A stretch of DNA of 64,000 nt from an uncultured Spirochaetales bacterium (GCA_964470375.1 CAYYCP010000001.1:63686-127685), one strand, 5' to 3'; counted from the first letter of the stretch, positions 35,459-46,268 are shown. Made by a program: numbers and translations. The notes: generated from the letters alone by a model not told the origin.

Positions 35459-36655
35459 TCAGAATCCCGGGCGGCGCCGCCCGCACAGCATGATCTGGTA
35501 GCAGCGCTTGCAGCCCGGGAAGATCCCGTCCGGGCTCTCTTTCAGGGCCTTCCGGAATTTCTTGGACCGCTCGTTGTTGTACAGATCCCAGATAGAATCG
35601 GTCTTCAGGTTGCCCACCACCCAGTCGGGATGGTCCGCGCAGAAATGCACGTCGCCGTTGTAGTCCACGTTGACCATGAACCAGGGCACCTTGCAATGGT
35701 CACGCACAGCCACGTCCAGCTGCGAATAGTAGGTGCCTATGACCTTCGGGGTGATGACCGGGACGGTGATGATGGGATGCTTGACCTTCGATGACAGCGA
35801 GTGCACCTCGGCCAGGATTTCCGAGAATTTATCCCCGTCTATTCCCTCATTGTAGCCGGTGGCGAAGCCGCGCCAGTAGGTGGGCTCTATACCCAGCTTC
35901 TCCTTGACCGCCGCCACGTGGGCTGCCCCGATCTCCTCGTCGAAGTAGGTGCCCAGGTTGATGATGTGCCAGGCCAAGCCCATGTCGGCGGTGGCCCGCA
36001 CAAGGTTGGCCAGGTCAAGGTAGTTCATGTTGGACACGGTGGTGACGATGCCGACCTGCGGGAATTTCTTGCCCTGGCGGAGCTTCTCGGCGTTGACAGC
36101 CTGGATGCCCTCGATCACCCGGCGATATGAGCCCTTGCCGCGGATCTGGTCGTTGACATCCTCGAAGGCGTCCAGAGAGACGAATATGCCGGTCCAGTTA
36201 TCCCGCACGATGCGTTCGGCGTTCTGGGCCAGGAAGGTGCCGTTGGTGTTGACCGTCAGCAAGGGGATCTTCTTCTTCATGTAGGCCGCCAGCTCCATGA
36301 AGTCCGGGTACATGAAGGGCTCGCCGCCCCAGACGTAGAAGAGGCGGGCTTTCTCGGACACCTCGTCTATGAACTTGCGGTATTGCTCCATGGACATGAT
36401 ATCCTTGGCCTTCTCCACCGCATCGTGGCCCTTGAGGGTGCCCTTGATCCCGCGTTGGCCGCACATCACGCAACGCAGGTTGCACAGGGGCGTGATCTTG
36501 AGGGTGACCAAAGGCATGCGCGACGAGGTGAAATCGGCCGAACGGTAGTCTATGCCCATGGCCGCCAACTGTTGCAAGAAGGCGCCGGCCATTTGTATGG
36601 CCACTATCGGGTTCTGGGTGATGAGCTTGGGCACGAGTGAGTAGTTGGTCTTCAT
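35459..36655 (-). CDS. radical SAM protein with C-terminal Cys-rich (SPASM/twitch-like) region
   Basis: 398 aa. CxxxCxxC in ITPLCNLRCVMCGQ and GGEPF in VWGGEPFMY. The C-terminal cysteines (HCKVP, HFCADHP, PGCKRCYQIMLC) suggest an auxiliary Fe-S cluster. The RBS GGAG is 6 nt upstream. Confidence 0.8.
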   Translation of the reverse strand: MKTNYSLVPKLITQNPIVAIQMAGAFLQQLAAMGIDYRSADFTSSRMPLVTLKITPLCNLRCVMCGQRGIKGTLKGHDAVEKAKDIMSMEQYRKFIDEVSEKARLFYVWGGEPFMYPDFMELAAYMKKKIPLLTVNTNGTFLAQNAERIVRDNWTGIFVSLDAFEDVNDQIRGKGSYRRVIEGIQAVNAEKLRQGKKFPQVGIVTTVSNMNYLDLANLVRATADMGLAWHIINLGTYFDEEIGAAHVAAVKEKLGIEPTYWRGFATGYNEGIDGDKFSEILAEVHSLSSKVKHPIITVPVITPKVIGTYYSQLDVAVRDHCKVPWFMVNVDYNGDVHFCADHPDWVVGNLKTDSIWDLYNNERSKKFRKALKESPDGIFPGCKRCYQIMLCGRRRPGF

Positions 36656-36691
36656 CAGATCTCCATGCTGGACGTATGGGCGCCGCTGCGG

Positions 36692-36737
36692 AACGCAAAC
36701 GAAAGAGGCCGACGCGCCGCCGTGGCGGGTCGGCCTC
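36692..36737 (-). terminator. rho-independent terminator downstream of hup
   Basis: On the minus strand: GAGGCCGAC-CCGCC-AC-GGCGG-CGC-GTCGGCCTC followed by TTTCGTTTGCGTT. This is a 14-bp interrupted GC stem plus a T-rich tail, about 60 nt after the hup stop. Confidence 0.6.
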
Positions 36738-36798
36738 CTCCTGTCCTATCGCCCCTGTTCACCCGCGGATGGGCAGGCCGGGGGACGGCCCAGTTTCA

Positions 36799-37206
36799 TC
36801 AGGACTTCTTTACCTTAGCCTTCTTGGCGATTTCCTTGAAGGCCTTCCCATAGGTGAATTTGGGGACGCGCACGGCGGGCTTGGCCGGGATAACCACTTC
36901 CTCGCCGGTCTTGGGATTGCGGCCCATGCGCTTCTTGGTGGCCGGCCGCTCACGCACATAAGCCTTGCCGATAGTACCGAAGGGCACGCGCTCACCGGCG
37001 ATCATGCCGGCGGTGAAGACCTCGATGAAGGCGTCGATGGCCTCCTTAGCCTGCTTCTTGGTGACCCCGCTCTTCTCGGAAACGAATCCAAGCATAGTGG
37101 ACATGGTGAACTTGTCGGGCAGGCCGACCTTCTTTGACGCGGCGGGAGCCTTGGCCGCGGCCTTCTTCGCTGCCGGAGCCTTGCCGGCGGCCTTCGATTT
37201 AGCCAT
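36799..37206 (-). CDS. hup: HU-family DNA-binding protein with Lys/Ala-rich N-terminal extension and short basic C-tail
   Basis: The HU core runs VSEKSGVTKKQAKEAIDAFIEVF ... RMGRNPKTGEEVVIPAKPAVRVPKF. About 30 aa precede it (MAKSKAAGKAPAAKKAAAKAPAASKK). A strong RBS AAGGAGG 5 nt upstream of ATG 37206 supports the long form. Confidence 0.85.
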   Translation of the reverse strand: MAKSKAAGKAPAAKKAAAKAPAASKKVGLPDKFTMSTMLGFVSEKSGVTKKQAKEAIDAFIEVFTAGMIAGERVPFGTIGKAYVRERPATKKRMGRNPKTGEEVVIPAKPAVRVPKFTYGKAFKEIAKKAKVKKS

Positions 37207-37293
37207 CGTATCCTCCTTATCGACATCGTGGCGGGCGGGCGCGCGGCGCGCCTATCCGCGGCGCCGGCGGCGGCCAGCGCCGCAGGCCAGTCT

Positions 37294-37322
37294 TTTATAT
37301 ATGATATTCAAGGCTTTGTGAA
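37294..37322 (-). promoter_or_regulatory. candidate sigma-70 promoter for hup
   Basis: On the minus strand: TTCACA-N17-TATAAA, about 85 nt upstream of the hup ATG. The leader is very GC-rich. Confidence 0.4.
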
Positions 37323-37347
37323 GCTCTAAAACGAATATTCCGTTTCG

Positions 37348-37377
37348 TTGACAAGCGAGCTCGAATGAGTCCATTAT
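37348..37377 (+). promoter_or_regulatory. candidate sigma-70 promoter for the pgi-murG-cvpA-holB run
   Basis: A perfect TTGACA, an 18-nt spacer, then CATTAT, about 30 nt upstream of the pgi ATG. Confidence 0.3.
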
Positions 37378-37405
37378 TATATGCCCCTCTGGGGCGGGAG
37401 GAAGC

Positions 37406-38980
37406 ATGCCCGACTTCATGGACCTCGACGCCGCGGCGGCCTTCGAGCGCTTGACCGCCAGCCCGCCGCCGCGCCCCCTCGCCGAGAGCCTCAGCGCGGA
37501 GCGCGTACGCTCTGCTGAAATAGGCATGGGCGCCGGCCTGGTCTTCAACTATGCCGCCGCGGGGGTTGAAGAACCCATCGTCAGCCTCCTCCAGGAATTG
37601 GCCGACGAAATGCAGGTCATCGACAAGTACCTGGCCCTTGTATCGGGCCAGGCTATGAACACGGGCGAGGGCCGCAGCGTTCTCCACCACCTGACGCGCG
37701 GTCAAGTGGCCGGCCCGGTGATCCTGAACGGGCGCGACTACGGGGCCTTCTACAATAGCCAGCGACAGGCTATCGCGGCTTTCTGCGACAAGGTCCACTC
37801 AGGCCAGGTCCACGGATCCACGGGCCAGCCTTTCGCCAGCGTCTGTCAGATCGGCATAGGCGGATCGGACCTGGGGCCGCGCGCCCTGTACCTGGCCCTG
37901 GAAGCCTGGGCGGCCGCCGAGGGCAGCCTGAAGATGGGCGCCCACTTCATCTCCAACGTCGATCCGGACGATGCCTACACGGTGCTTTCGCGTCTGGATC
38001 CGGCCACTACCCTATTCATCCTCGTATCCAAATCAGGCACCACCCAGGAGACTCTGGCCAATGAGACCCTGGTGCGCTCCTACCTCGAAGCGCGCGGCCT
38101 GGATCCCTCCAGGCACATGCTGGCCGTCACCAGTGAAACCAGCCCGTTGGCACGCAACCCGCGCTACCTCGAGAGCTTTTATATTGACGACTTCATCGGC
38201 GGGCGCTATTCCTCCACGAGCGCCGTGGGCGGGGCCGTCCTCAGCCTGGCCTTCGGTCCGCAGGTCTTTACTGCCATCCTGAACGGGGCCCACCAGGAGG
38301 ATATCCTGGCCCTTGATCCGCGCATCGAACGCAATCCCGCGTTGATGGACGCCCTGATAGGCCTCTACCATAGAAATATCCTGGGCTACCCCTGCACGGC
38401 CATACTTCCCTATTCCCAAGCCCTATCGCGCTTCCCGGCCCACCTCCAGCAGCTGGACATGGAATCCAACGGCAAGAGCGTGAACCGCGATGGACGCCCG
38501 GTCAACTATCCGACCGGCCCGGTGGTCTTGGGAGAGCCCGGAACCAACGGCCAGCATTCTTTTTACCAACTCCTCCACCAGGGCACAGACATCGTGCCCC
38601 TTCAGTTCATCGGTTTCCGGCGTTCTCAGGGGGGGCTGGACGTCCAAGTGGAGGGCTCCACGAGTCAGGCCAAGCTGAACGCCAACCTGGCCGCCCAGAT
38701 AACGGCCTTCGCGAAGGGCAAGCCGGACCTTGACGCCAATCGCAACTTCCCCGGCGATCGCCCCTCCACCCTGATCCACGGCGAGCGCTTGACACCCGAG
38801 GTCTTGGGAGCCCTGCTGGCCCATTTCGAGAACAAGGTCATGTTCCAGGGCTTCCTCTGGAACATCAATTCTTTCGACCAAGAAGGGGTTCAGCTGGGAA
38901 AGGTCCTAGCCAAGCAGGTCCTGTCCGGGGGGCCCATGGACGGGGCCTTGGCCGCATACGCCTCACTACTCAAGGCCTAG
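37406..38980 (+). CDS. pgi: glucose-6-phosphate isomerase
   Basis: 524 aa. IGIGGSDLGP, SKSGTTQET, GGRYS and GEPGTNGQHSFYQLLHQG. The RBS GGGAGGAAG lies upstream. Confidence 0.92.
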   Translation: MPDFMDLDAAAAFERLTASPPPRPLAESLSAERVRSAEIGMGAGLVFNYAAAGVEEPIVSLLQELADEMQVIDKYLALVSGQAMNTGEGRSVLHHLTRGQVAGPVILNGRDYGAFYNSQRQAIAAFCDKVHSGQVHGSTGQPFASVCQIGIGGSDLGPRALYLALEAWAAAEGSLKMGAHFISNVDPDDAYTVLSRLDPATTLFILVSKSGTTQETLANETLVRSYLEARGLDPSRHMLAVTSETSPLARNPRYLESFYIDDFIGGRYSSTSAVGGAVLSLAFGPQVFTAILNGAHQEDILALDPRIERNPALMDALIGLYHRNILGYPCTAILPYSQALSRFPAHLQQLDMESNGKSVNRDGRPVNYPTGPVVLGEPGTNGQHSFYQLLHQGTDIVPLQFIGFRRSQGGLDVQVEGSTSQAKLNANLAAQITAFAKGKPDLDANRNFPGDRPSTLIHGERLTPEVLGALLAHFENKVMFQGFLWNINSFDQEGVQLGKVLAKQVLSGGPMDGALAAYASLLKA

Positions 38981-38986
38981 TTCCCC

Positions 38987-40084
38987 ATGCCCATGACGGT
39001 CGCGTTCACCGGAGGCGGCACGGGCGGCCACATTTATCCCGGCCTTGCGGTGGCCTCGGCCCTCCGCGGACTCGATACCAGCGTCAGGCTGGTCTGGATA
39101 GGCAACCGCGAGGGCATGGACAGATCCATCGTCGAGGCCGCCGGACTCGAGTTCCATGGCATACCGGCAGGCAAATTCCGCCGCGACTTTTCGGCCCGCA
39201 ACCTGCCGGACGCCCTGCGCGTCCTAGCCGGCTTCGCAGCCGCCCGGGGTCTTCTACGGGAGCTCAAACCCGATCTGCTCTTCTCCAAGGGCGGCTATGT
39301 CTCCGTTCCGCCCTGCGCCGCCGCGCGCTCGCTCGGCATACCGGTGTTCACCCACGAGTCGGACGTCCGACCGGGGCTGGCCACCCGTCTCAACGCCCGC
39401 TTCGCCGAGCTCATCCTCCTTTCGTACGCCGAAACTATTGAGAGCCTACCGCCCAAGGCGCGGACAAGGGCCGAGGTTACGGGCAACCCCGTGCGGGCGT
39501 CCATCCTAGGCGGCCGGGCCGAGCGCGGCCTATCCTTTCTGGGCTTCACTCGAAAGGCCCCCCTCCTTCTCCTCCTGGGTGGCAGCCAGGGAGCGCGCGA
39601 GCTCAACGAGTTGGCGGCTTCAGTCCTGCCGGATATCCTGCCGAGCTGGAATGTGGCTCACCAGACCGGTCCAGACCATACACCTTGTCGGCTGGACGGC
39701 GAAGGCTATCGGGCCTTTGGATACCTCAAGGACGAGATGCCCGACGTCTTGGCGGCCGCCGACCTTGTGCTCGCCAGGGCGGGCGCGGGGACCCTATGGG
39801 AATCTGCAAGCCTGGGCAAGCCCCTCATCCTCCTGCCCCTGCGCTCGAGCGCCACGCGCGGGGATCAAGTAGTCAATGCCGATCTCTTCGCCTCGCGCGG
39901 GGCGGCAGTGGTCCTCCCACCCGCGCCGGCCGCGCGGGCCGCCCTTCTGGAGGCCCTGGAGGCTCTGCGGGCGGATCCTGAAAGGCGGGCAGCCATGGGG
40001 CGGGCGGCCGCCTCCTTCGCGCTCAAGCCCGCGGCCCCCCTGATCGCCCGACGCATCCTGGAACGCTTGGGAGGATCCAAATGA
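38987..40084 (+). CDS. murG: UDP-N-acetylglucosamine--N-acetylmuramyl-(pentapeptide) pyrophosphoryl-undecaprenol N-acetylglucosamine transferase
   Basis: 365 aa. FTGGGTGGHIYPGLAVA, LLLLGGSQGA and RAGAGTLWE match the MurG family. Confidence 0.9.
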   Translation: MPMTVAFTGGGTGGHIYPGLAVASALRGLDTSVRLVWIGNREGMDRSIVEAAGLEFHGIPAGKFRRDFSARNLPDALRVLAGFAAARGLLRELKPDLLFSKGGYVSVPPCAAARSLGIPVFTHESDVRPGLATRLNARFAELILLSYAETIESLPPKARTRAEVTGNPVRASILGGRAERGLSFLGFTRKAPLLLLLGGSQGARELNELAASVLPDILPSWNVAHQTGPDHTPCRLDGEGYRAFGYLKDEMPDVLAAADLVLARAGAGTLWESASLGKPLILLPLRSSATRGDQVVNADLFASRGAAVVLPPAPAARAALLEALEALRADPERRAAMGRAAASFALKPAAPLIARRILERLGGSK

Positions 40085-40539
40085 ACAGCGTGGACATCGT
40101 CGCCGCGGTGATCGTCCTGGCCTGCGGGCTGCGGGTCCTCGTGCGCGGCTTCATCAAGGAAGTCCTCTCGGTGGCAGCCCCCCTGGTGGCCGGCCTGGCG
40201 GCCTTCCTTTTCTGGAAGCCGCTGGCTGCATTGGGCCTGCGGCTCTGGCCGGCCCTGCCGATGGCAGGGGCCATCGCCGCGGGTATCTGCTTCCTGGTCT
40301 GCTTCCTGGCCATGAAAATCCTCGAGCACGCCCTGTCCTCCGCCATCGAGGCCCTTCGCCTGGGCCTTGTGGACAGGCTCCTGGGCTTTCTGGTGGGGGC
40401 ATTGGAGGGCTTGCTCATCTGCGCGCTCCTGGCGGCCATCCTGCGCTACCAGCCCATCTGGGACGCCCGCCCCCTCCTCGAAGGCAGCCTCTTCTGGCGT
40501 CTCCTCTCTCCCTTCCTGCCGGCCTTCGGCGAGGCCTAG
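40081..40539 (+). CDS. cvpA: CvpA family membrane protein
   Basis: 152 aa with four hydrophobic helices. The N-terminus MNSVDIVAAVIVLACGLRVLVRGFIKEV is typical of CvpA. ATGA overlap with murG. Confidence 0.7.
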   Translation: MNSVDIVAAVIVLACGLRVLVRGFIKEVLSVAAPLVAGLAAFLFWKPLAALGLRLWPALPMAGAIAAGICFLVCFLAMKILEHALSSAIEALRLGLVDRLLGFLVGALEGLLICALLAAILRYQPIWDARPLLEGSLFWRLLSPFLPAFGEA

Positions 40540-40540
40540 G

Positions 40541-41773
40541 ATGTTCGAAAACCTGCTCTTCCAGGAGGAGGCAGCCGGTATCCTCTCGAAGGCCGCCAAG
40601 TCAGGCCGCCTCCCCCCGGCCATGCTCTTCCAGGGGCCCTTCGCTTCCGGCAAGACCACCGCCGCCCTGGAGCTGGCGCGAGCTGTTTCCTGCAGGCGGG
40701 GGGCTGATTGGAACTGCCCCTGCGGGGATTGCGAGCGTCACCGCCGCTGCTCCCATCCGGACATACTCCTGGCCGGGAACGATTCCTTCGGCGAGGAGCT
40801 GAGCGCGGCCGTGGAGGGACTCACGCGGGCGGCCGGGCGCCGTGAGCTATACGCCTTCTTGAGGGCGGTTCGTCGGCTTACCCGGCGCTTCGACCCTGAG
40901 CTTTGGGAGGGCGATGAATCCAAGCTGGCCAAGGCCGCCCCGGGCCTGGCGGCCATCGAGGAGCTTCTGCCTGGTCTAGACCCTTCGCTGGCGCCCCTGG
41001 ATGCGGGGAAGGCCGTCGAGGCGGCCGGGCGGATCGCTGAGGAGGCCGTAAAGCTCATCGACCTTGTTCCGGCGGCCATCCCCATCTCGCAGGTGCGCAA
41101 CGCCATCCGCTGGATCCACCTCAGCCCCTCGGCGCGGGCCAAGGTCCTATTGCTGGAAAACGCCGAGAACATGCTGGAGGCCGCCCGCAACGCCATCCTC
41201 AAGCTCTTGGAGGAACCGCCCCAAGGGGCTCTAGTGATCCTGACAAGCACGCGCCGATCAGCCCTCCTCGAAACGATACTCTCGCGCCTGAGGCCGGTCA
41301 CCTTCCGGGAGCGCGGGCCGGGCGCTTCACGCGAGGTGCTCAAGCGCGTCTTCGGGGCCGAGGATTCCAAGGCCGATTCGGTCGGCGCATACCTCGAGGG
41401 CTTCCGGCGCCCCTCGGATGCAGAGCTTGCCCCGCTGGCGCATGCGCTGGCCGGCGAGGCCTTGGCGAGAGCCGCGGCCACTTCCGGCCTGCGCCTACCC
41501 GAGGAATACCGCGATGAGGGCGGGCCGGAGGCATCCATACCGGAGCAATACTTGGAACGCGACGCCTTCTTGAGCCTATGCCGCTGCCTGATGAGCGAGT
41601 GCGGCTCCGCTTTACGTGGCCTATGCGCTGCCGATCCCGCCTCACCCCTGGCGGCGGCGGCGGCGGCCCTGGGCGAACGGGCGCGCGAGGCCGCCTACCG
41701 CGCTCAGGCCCTCAATATTTCCCCGTCCTCCCTGGCGCGTTGGCTGTGGCGCGGCGCGCAGGCCGGTCCATGA
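40541..41773 (+). CDS. holB: DNA polymerase III delta-prime subunit
   Basis: The start is placed at ATG 40541 (MFENLLFQ), 1 nt after the cvpA stop. PPAMLFQGPFASGKTTAALELARAV and the zinc module CPCGDCERHRRCSHPDILL are present, followed by ILSRLRPVTF. Confidence 0.75.
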   Translation: MFENLLFQEEAAGILSKAAKSGRLPPAMLFQGPFASGKTTAALELARAVSCRRGADWNCPCGDCERHRRCSHPDILLAGNDSFGEELSAAVEGLTRAAGRRELYAFLRAVRRLTRRFDPELWEGDESKLAKAAPGLAAIEELLPGLDPSLAPLDAGKAVEAAGRIAEEAVKLIDLVPAAIPISQVRNAIRWIHLSPSARAKVLLLENAENMLEAARNAILKLLEEPPQGALVILTSTRRSALLETILSRLRPVTFRERGPGASREVLKRVFGAEDSKADSVGAYLEGFRRPSDAELAPLAHALAGEALARAAATSGLRLPEEYRDEGGPEASIPEQYLERDAFLSLCRCLMSECGSALRGLCAADPASPLAAAAAALGERAREAAYRAQALNISPSSLARWLWRGAQAGP

Positions 41774-42932
41774 GGCGCTTCGTCGAGCGGGCCCTGGCCA
41801 AGGTCCCGCGCATGACCAGCGAGCAGATCCGTTCCCTCCTCGACAAGCTGGCCGAAGAAAACGAGCGACTGGAGAGCGTGCTGGACTCGATGACCGACGG
41901 TATCATCGTGTGCGACCGCGACGATATCCTGCTCCTGGCCAACAAGGCCGCCGAGCGCCTCCTGCCCCTGCTGGGCGGGGACTTGCAGGCCAAGCCCATC
42001 TGGCTCTTCGTGGACGATGAGGAGGTGGCGGCCTTCATAGAGGCCAGTCTGCGTGGGCATGACCGCGTATGCGACCATGAATTCACCTTCGAGCGCAAGG
42101 GTGTCCGGCGTTGCGTGTCTATTTCCATTCTGCCCCTGGTCAGCCGCGGGCGCATCACCGGCAGCCTCATCCTGAGCGAGGATGTCACCGAGAAGCGCGC
42201 CCGCGAGGCCCGCCTGAGACGCGCCGAAAGCCTGGCCTCCCTTTCGACCGTGACCGCCGGAGTGGCCCATGAGATCAAGAACCCCTTGGCTTCCATCTCC
42301 ATACACCTTCAACTGATGAAAAAGGCCCTCAAGGGCAAGTCCAGCGTCCCTTCCGAGGGCATCGCCAAGTACCTGGAGGTCGTGGACGAAGAAGTCGAGC
42401 GCCTCAACCGCATCGTGGTGGACTTCCTCTTCGCCGTACGGCCCATCGACATAGAGCCTGAGGACACCGACCTGAACGCATTCATCTCTGGCCTCATAGA
42501 ATTCATGCGCTACGAGCTCGAGGAGGCCCGCGTGCGCATAGACCTGTCCCTGGCCGAGGGCATCCCTCCCGTCTCCATCGACAAGCGCTTCATGAAGCAG
42601 GCCCTGCTCAATCTGGTCAAGAACGCCATCGCCGCCATGCCCTCCGGCGGCACGCTCAGCGTCACCACCAGCGTCACGGCCGAGAGCGTCCGCATCGACC
42701 TGGCCGATACCGGCGAGGGCATCAGCGAGGACCGCCTGCAGAAGATTTTCGAGCCCTACTACACCACCCGCGAAAACGGCTCCGGACTGGGCCTGACCCT
42801 TGTCTTCAAGATCGTCAAGGAGCACCGCGGAGAGATCCAGGTCCAGTCCTCCCCCGGACGCGGGTCTGTTTTCAGCATAATCCTGCCGCTCCCGCAGGGC
42901 GAGCGCAAACTCATCGCGTACGGAGCCGAGAC

Positions 42933-42936
<4 letters not shown>
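41770..42936 (+). CDS. PAS-domain sensor histidine kinase (NtrB-like)
   Basis: ATG 41770 overlaps the holB stop (ATGA). PAS-like LESVLDSMTDGIIVCD, H-box VAHEIKNPLASI, N box LLNLVKNAIAAMP, and G boxes DTGEGI and GSGLGLT. Confidence 0.85.
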
Positions 42937-44271
<1,335 letters not shown>

Positions 44272-44282
<11 letters not shown>

Positions 44283-45225
44283 CGAAGCGCCCGCTCGGCC
44301 CGCGCACCCAGGGCGACACAGGCTCGCACTCCCGGAGATAGGCCAGCACCACTGCCTTCCAGCTCCTTCCGCCGCTGGCCTCATGATCAGCCCACAGGCG
44401 CCGGTAGAGAGCGGCCGCCTGGCTCCGCACTTCTCCAGCGCAGGGCAGATCCCGGCCCTCGTAGGTGAACAGGCCCTCGGCCACGGCCAGGGCGCCCGCC
44501 TCGCCTATCTCCGGATACCAGGCCCGCAGGCAGAAGATCGAGACGCCGATGCAATTCACCGAGTGCTGCTTGACGAAGAGCACGCTTTCGGTGATCCGCA
44601 GAGCCTCCTGGCGCATGTAGGCTATGGCTTTCTCGTGCCAGGGCCCGATTTCAGGCCCGGCCAAGCTGCGGATGAAGCGTTCCCCCAGCAGGGCGTTGAC
44701 GGTCACTATGAGCACGTGCAGGCTGGGCACGCAATGCAGATGGGGATCAAGGCCGTGGATGACGGAGAAGAAACCGTTGGCAGCACGGCGCGGACGCTCA
44801 GTGGTGGACTGGCAGCGCAGGTAGACCGAGGCGCAATCGCGATAGAGGGCGTCCATCCGGATGATGTACTCGCGGAAGGCCAGGCGCCCGGGCCGGCCGA
44901 AGCTGCGGGCGATGTGCAGGGCGGAATTGATCCACAGAAAGAAAAAAGTAAGATACTCCTTCACTAGGTCCGGGCGAAAAGGCACCTGCCGATCCAGGGG
45001 ATGGTCCACGCGCACGACCGGGCGCCGGCGCGGGAAGAGGCGTGTCTCGAACTGGGGGTAGAAGAAATAGCGCAATACCGTTAGGGCTATCTTGAAGGCC
45101 GGCCCGGCCGTGATGGGCGATGAAAGGGCGGCCACCAGGGGCGCCAGGGCGAAGGTCCTGCCGATGCGGTGCCTTATGATTTCCATGGGCCGGGATTCTA
45201 GCATGTCGGCGGGGGGTGCCGACAA
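44272..45225 (-). CDS. hypothetical protein (last gene of the flagellar-strand run)
   Basis: 317 aa. The start is 10 nt after the stop of the upstream gene. Several hydrophobic segments are present. HCVPSLHV ... KQHSVN is faintly reminiscent of PAP2-type motifs, but I cannot support a family call. Confidence 0.45.
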
Positions 45226-45235
45226 CCTCCCCGCC

Positions 45236-45925
45236 TCAGGGCGACACCAGGCGGCGCTGCTCCTCCATGGCGATGATGAGCTCCACCTCGGCCACTGTCA
45301 GCCCGGTCCGGGAGGCGATGACTGAGGCCGCGATCCCCTTTTTCCAAAGCTCGATCGCCCGCTCAGAGGGTTGAAGGCCCAAATCGAGGGGCTCTTCGGC
45401 CGCGCCGATATCGGGCAGATCAGAGCCTTGGGCCGCCACCCGGTCAGCCGCTCCGGCACGGCCTTGAGACGTAGACGCTGGATGCATCGCATCTGCTGAT
45501 CGTGTCACTGCGGCCTTGGACGCCGCGGAATCAGCGGGGGATTCCTCCGCGGGCGCAGGGCGGCTCCCCGCAGCCTGGGGCATACCCACGCCGAGGCTGG
45601 CTTGGCGACTGGCCCTCGTAAGACGCTCATAGGCTTGGCGTTCGCGCAAGCGGGCTTCGGATTCCCGCTTGAGGGCCTCGAAGCCCCGCCCGGCCGATTC
45701 GAGGGCCTCGTTCAGGGCCCTGATCCTGTCCTCGATCAGGCTGACGTTGCGCTCGGCGGCCCCGTTCATCTCGGCTACTAGAGCCCCGATCTCGCGGCGA
45801 GCCCGCTCCAGGACTTCGCCCAGGCCTATTTCATCGCGGAGCCTCTTGCGGAAATACAGGAAGATCAGGAAGACCGCCCCTAGGTCAAGGGCCGCGGTCA
45901 CCAGGACCAGAGCAAGGAATTGCAC
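45236..45925 (-). CDS. hypothetical single-pass membrane protein with coiled coil and C-terminal HTH-like segment
   Basis: 229 aa. N-terminal TM helix MQFLALVLVTAALDLGAVFLIFLYF, a charged coiled coil, then a low-complexity A/S/P region. The C-terminal ELWKKGIAASVIASRTGLTVAEVELII resembles the small HTH tail of DUF2802/DUF6115-type flagellar-cluster proteins. Confidence 0.5.
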   Translation of the reverse strand: MQFLALVLVTAALDLGAVFLIFLYFRKRLRDEIGLGEVLERARREIGALVAEMNGAAERNVSLIEDRIRALNEALESAGRGFEALKRESEARLRERQAYERLTRASRQASLGVGMPQAAGSRPAPAEESPADSAASKAAVTRSADAMHPASTSQGRAGAADRVAAQGSDLPDIGAAEEPLDLGLQPSERAIELWKKGIAASVIASRTGLTVAEVELIIAMEEQRRLVSP

Positions 45926-45929
45926 GCAC

Positions 45930-46268
45930 TCAGCCCGAAAGATCCACGCGGTTGCCTAGATCGGGGTCGCGGATGACCTCGTCCTCGTCCTCATCCCGCC
46001 CGCCTCCGGGTTTCTCAGCGCCGCCCTCTTCCTCGCGGCGCGGGCCGGGCCGCCCGCCCGATCCGTCGGCGTCGATCTTCTTTCCGGCCGAATCCTCCGA
46101 TTCCGGGGTCCGCTTGACCGAGCGCGCGGACTCCTCGGCCCGCTCCTGCTCGGCTGCCTGCCGGGCCGCGCCCTGCAGGGCGGCCCCCTCCTTCCCGGCG
46201 TTTTGCTCCCTGCCTATTCGGTCCAGCTGGGTGAATAAGGTCTGCAAGTCAATCGGCTTTATAGGCAT
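45930..46268 (-). CDS. hypothetical small acidic protein
   Basis: 112 aa. A conserved-looking N-terminus MPIKPIDLQTLFTQLDRIGREQ is followed by a disordered E/G/R/D-rich tail. It overlaps the fapA stop by 20 nt. Confidence 0.45.
   Translation of the reverse strand: MPIKPIDLQTLFTQLDRIGREQNAGKEGAALQGAARQAAEQERAEESARSVKRTPESEDSAGKKIDADGSGGRPGPRREEEGGAEKPGGGRDEDEDEVIRDPDLGNRVDLSG

Noticed and set aside
36656-36798. Possible ZTP (pfl) or THF riboswitch in the leader of the radical-SAM/folD/folE2/AICARFT operon
   Set aside because: I looked for the conserved pfl elements as I remember them (GGGUCGUGAC-type 5' subdomain and CCGCCUGGGC-type 3' subdomain) and found neither. The region is explained by the hup terminator hairpin plus a short RBS-containing leader. 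A covariance-model scan (Rfam RF01750, RF01831) would settle it.
37207-37232. Sigma-28-like -10 element GTCGATAA just upstream of hup
   Set aside because: It matches GCCGATAA at 7 of 8 positions, but it overlaps the RBS (AAGGAGG) and lies about 10 nt from the ATG. There is no TAAA -35 element 15 nt upstream. It is most likely coincidental.
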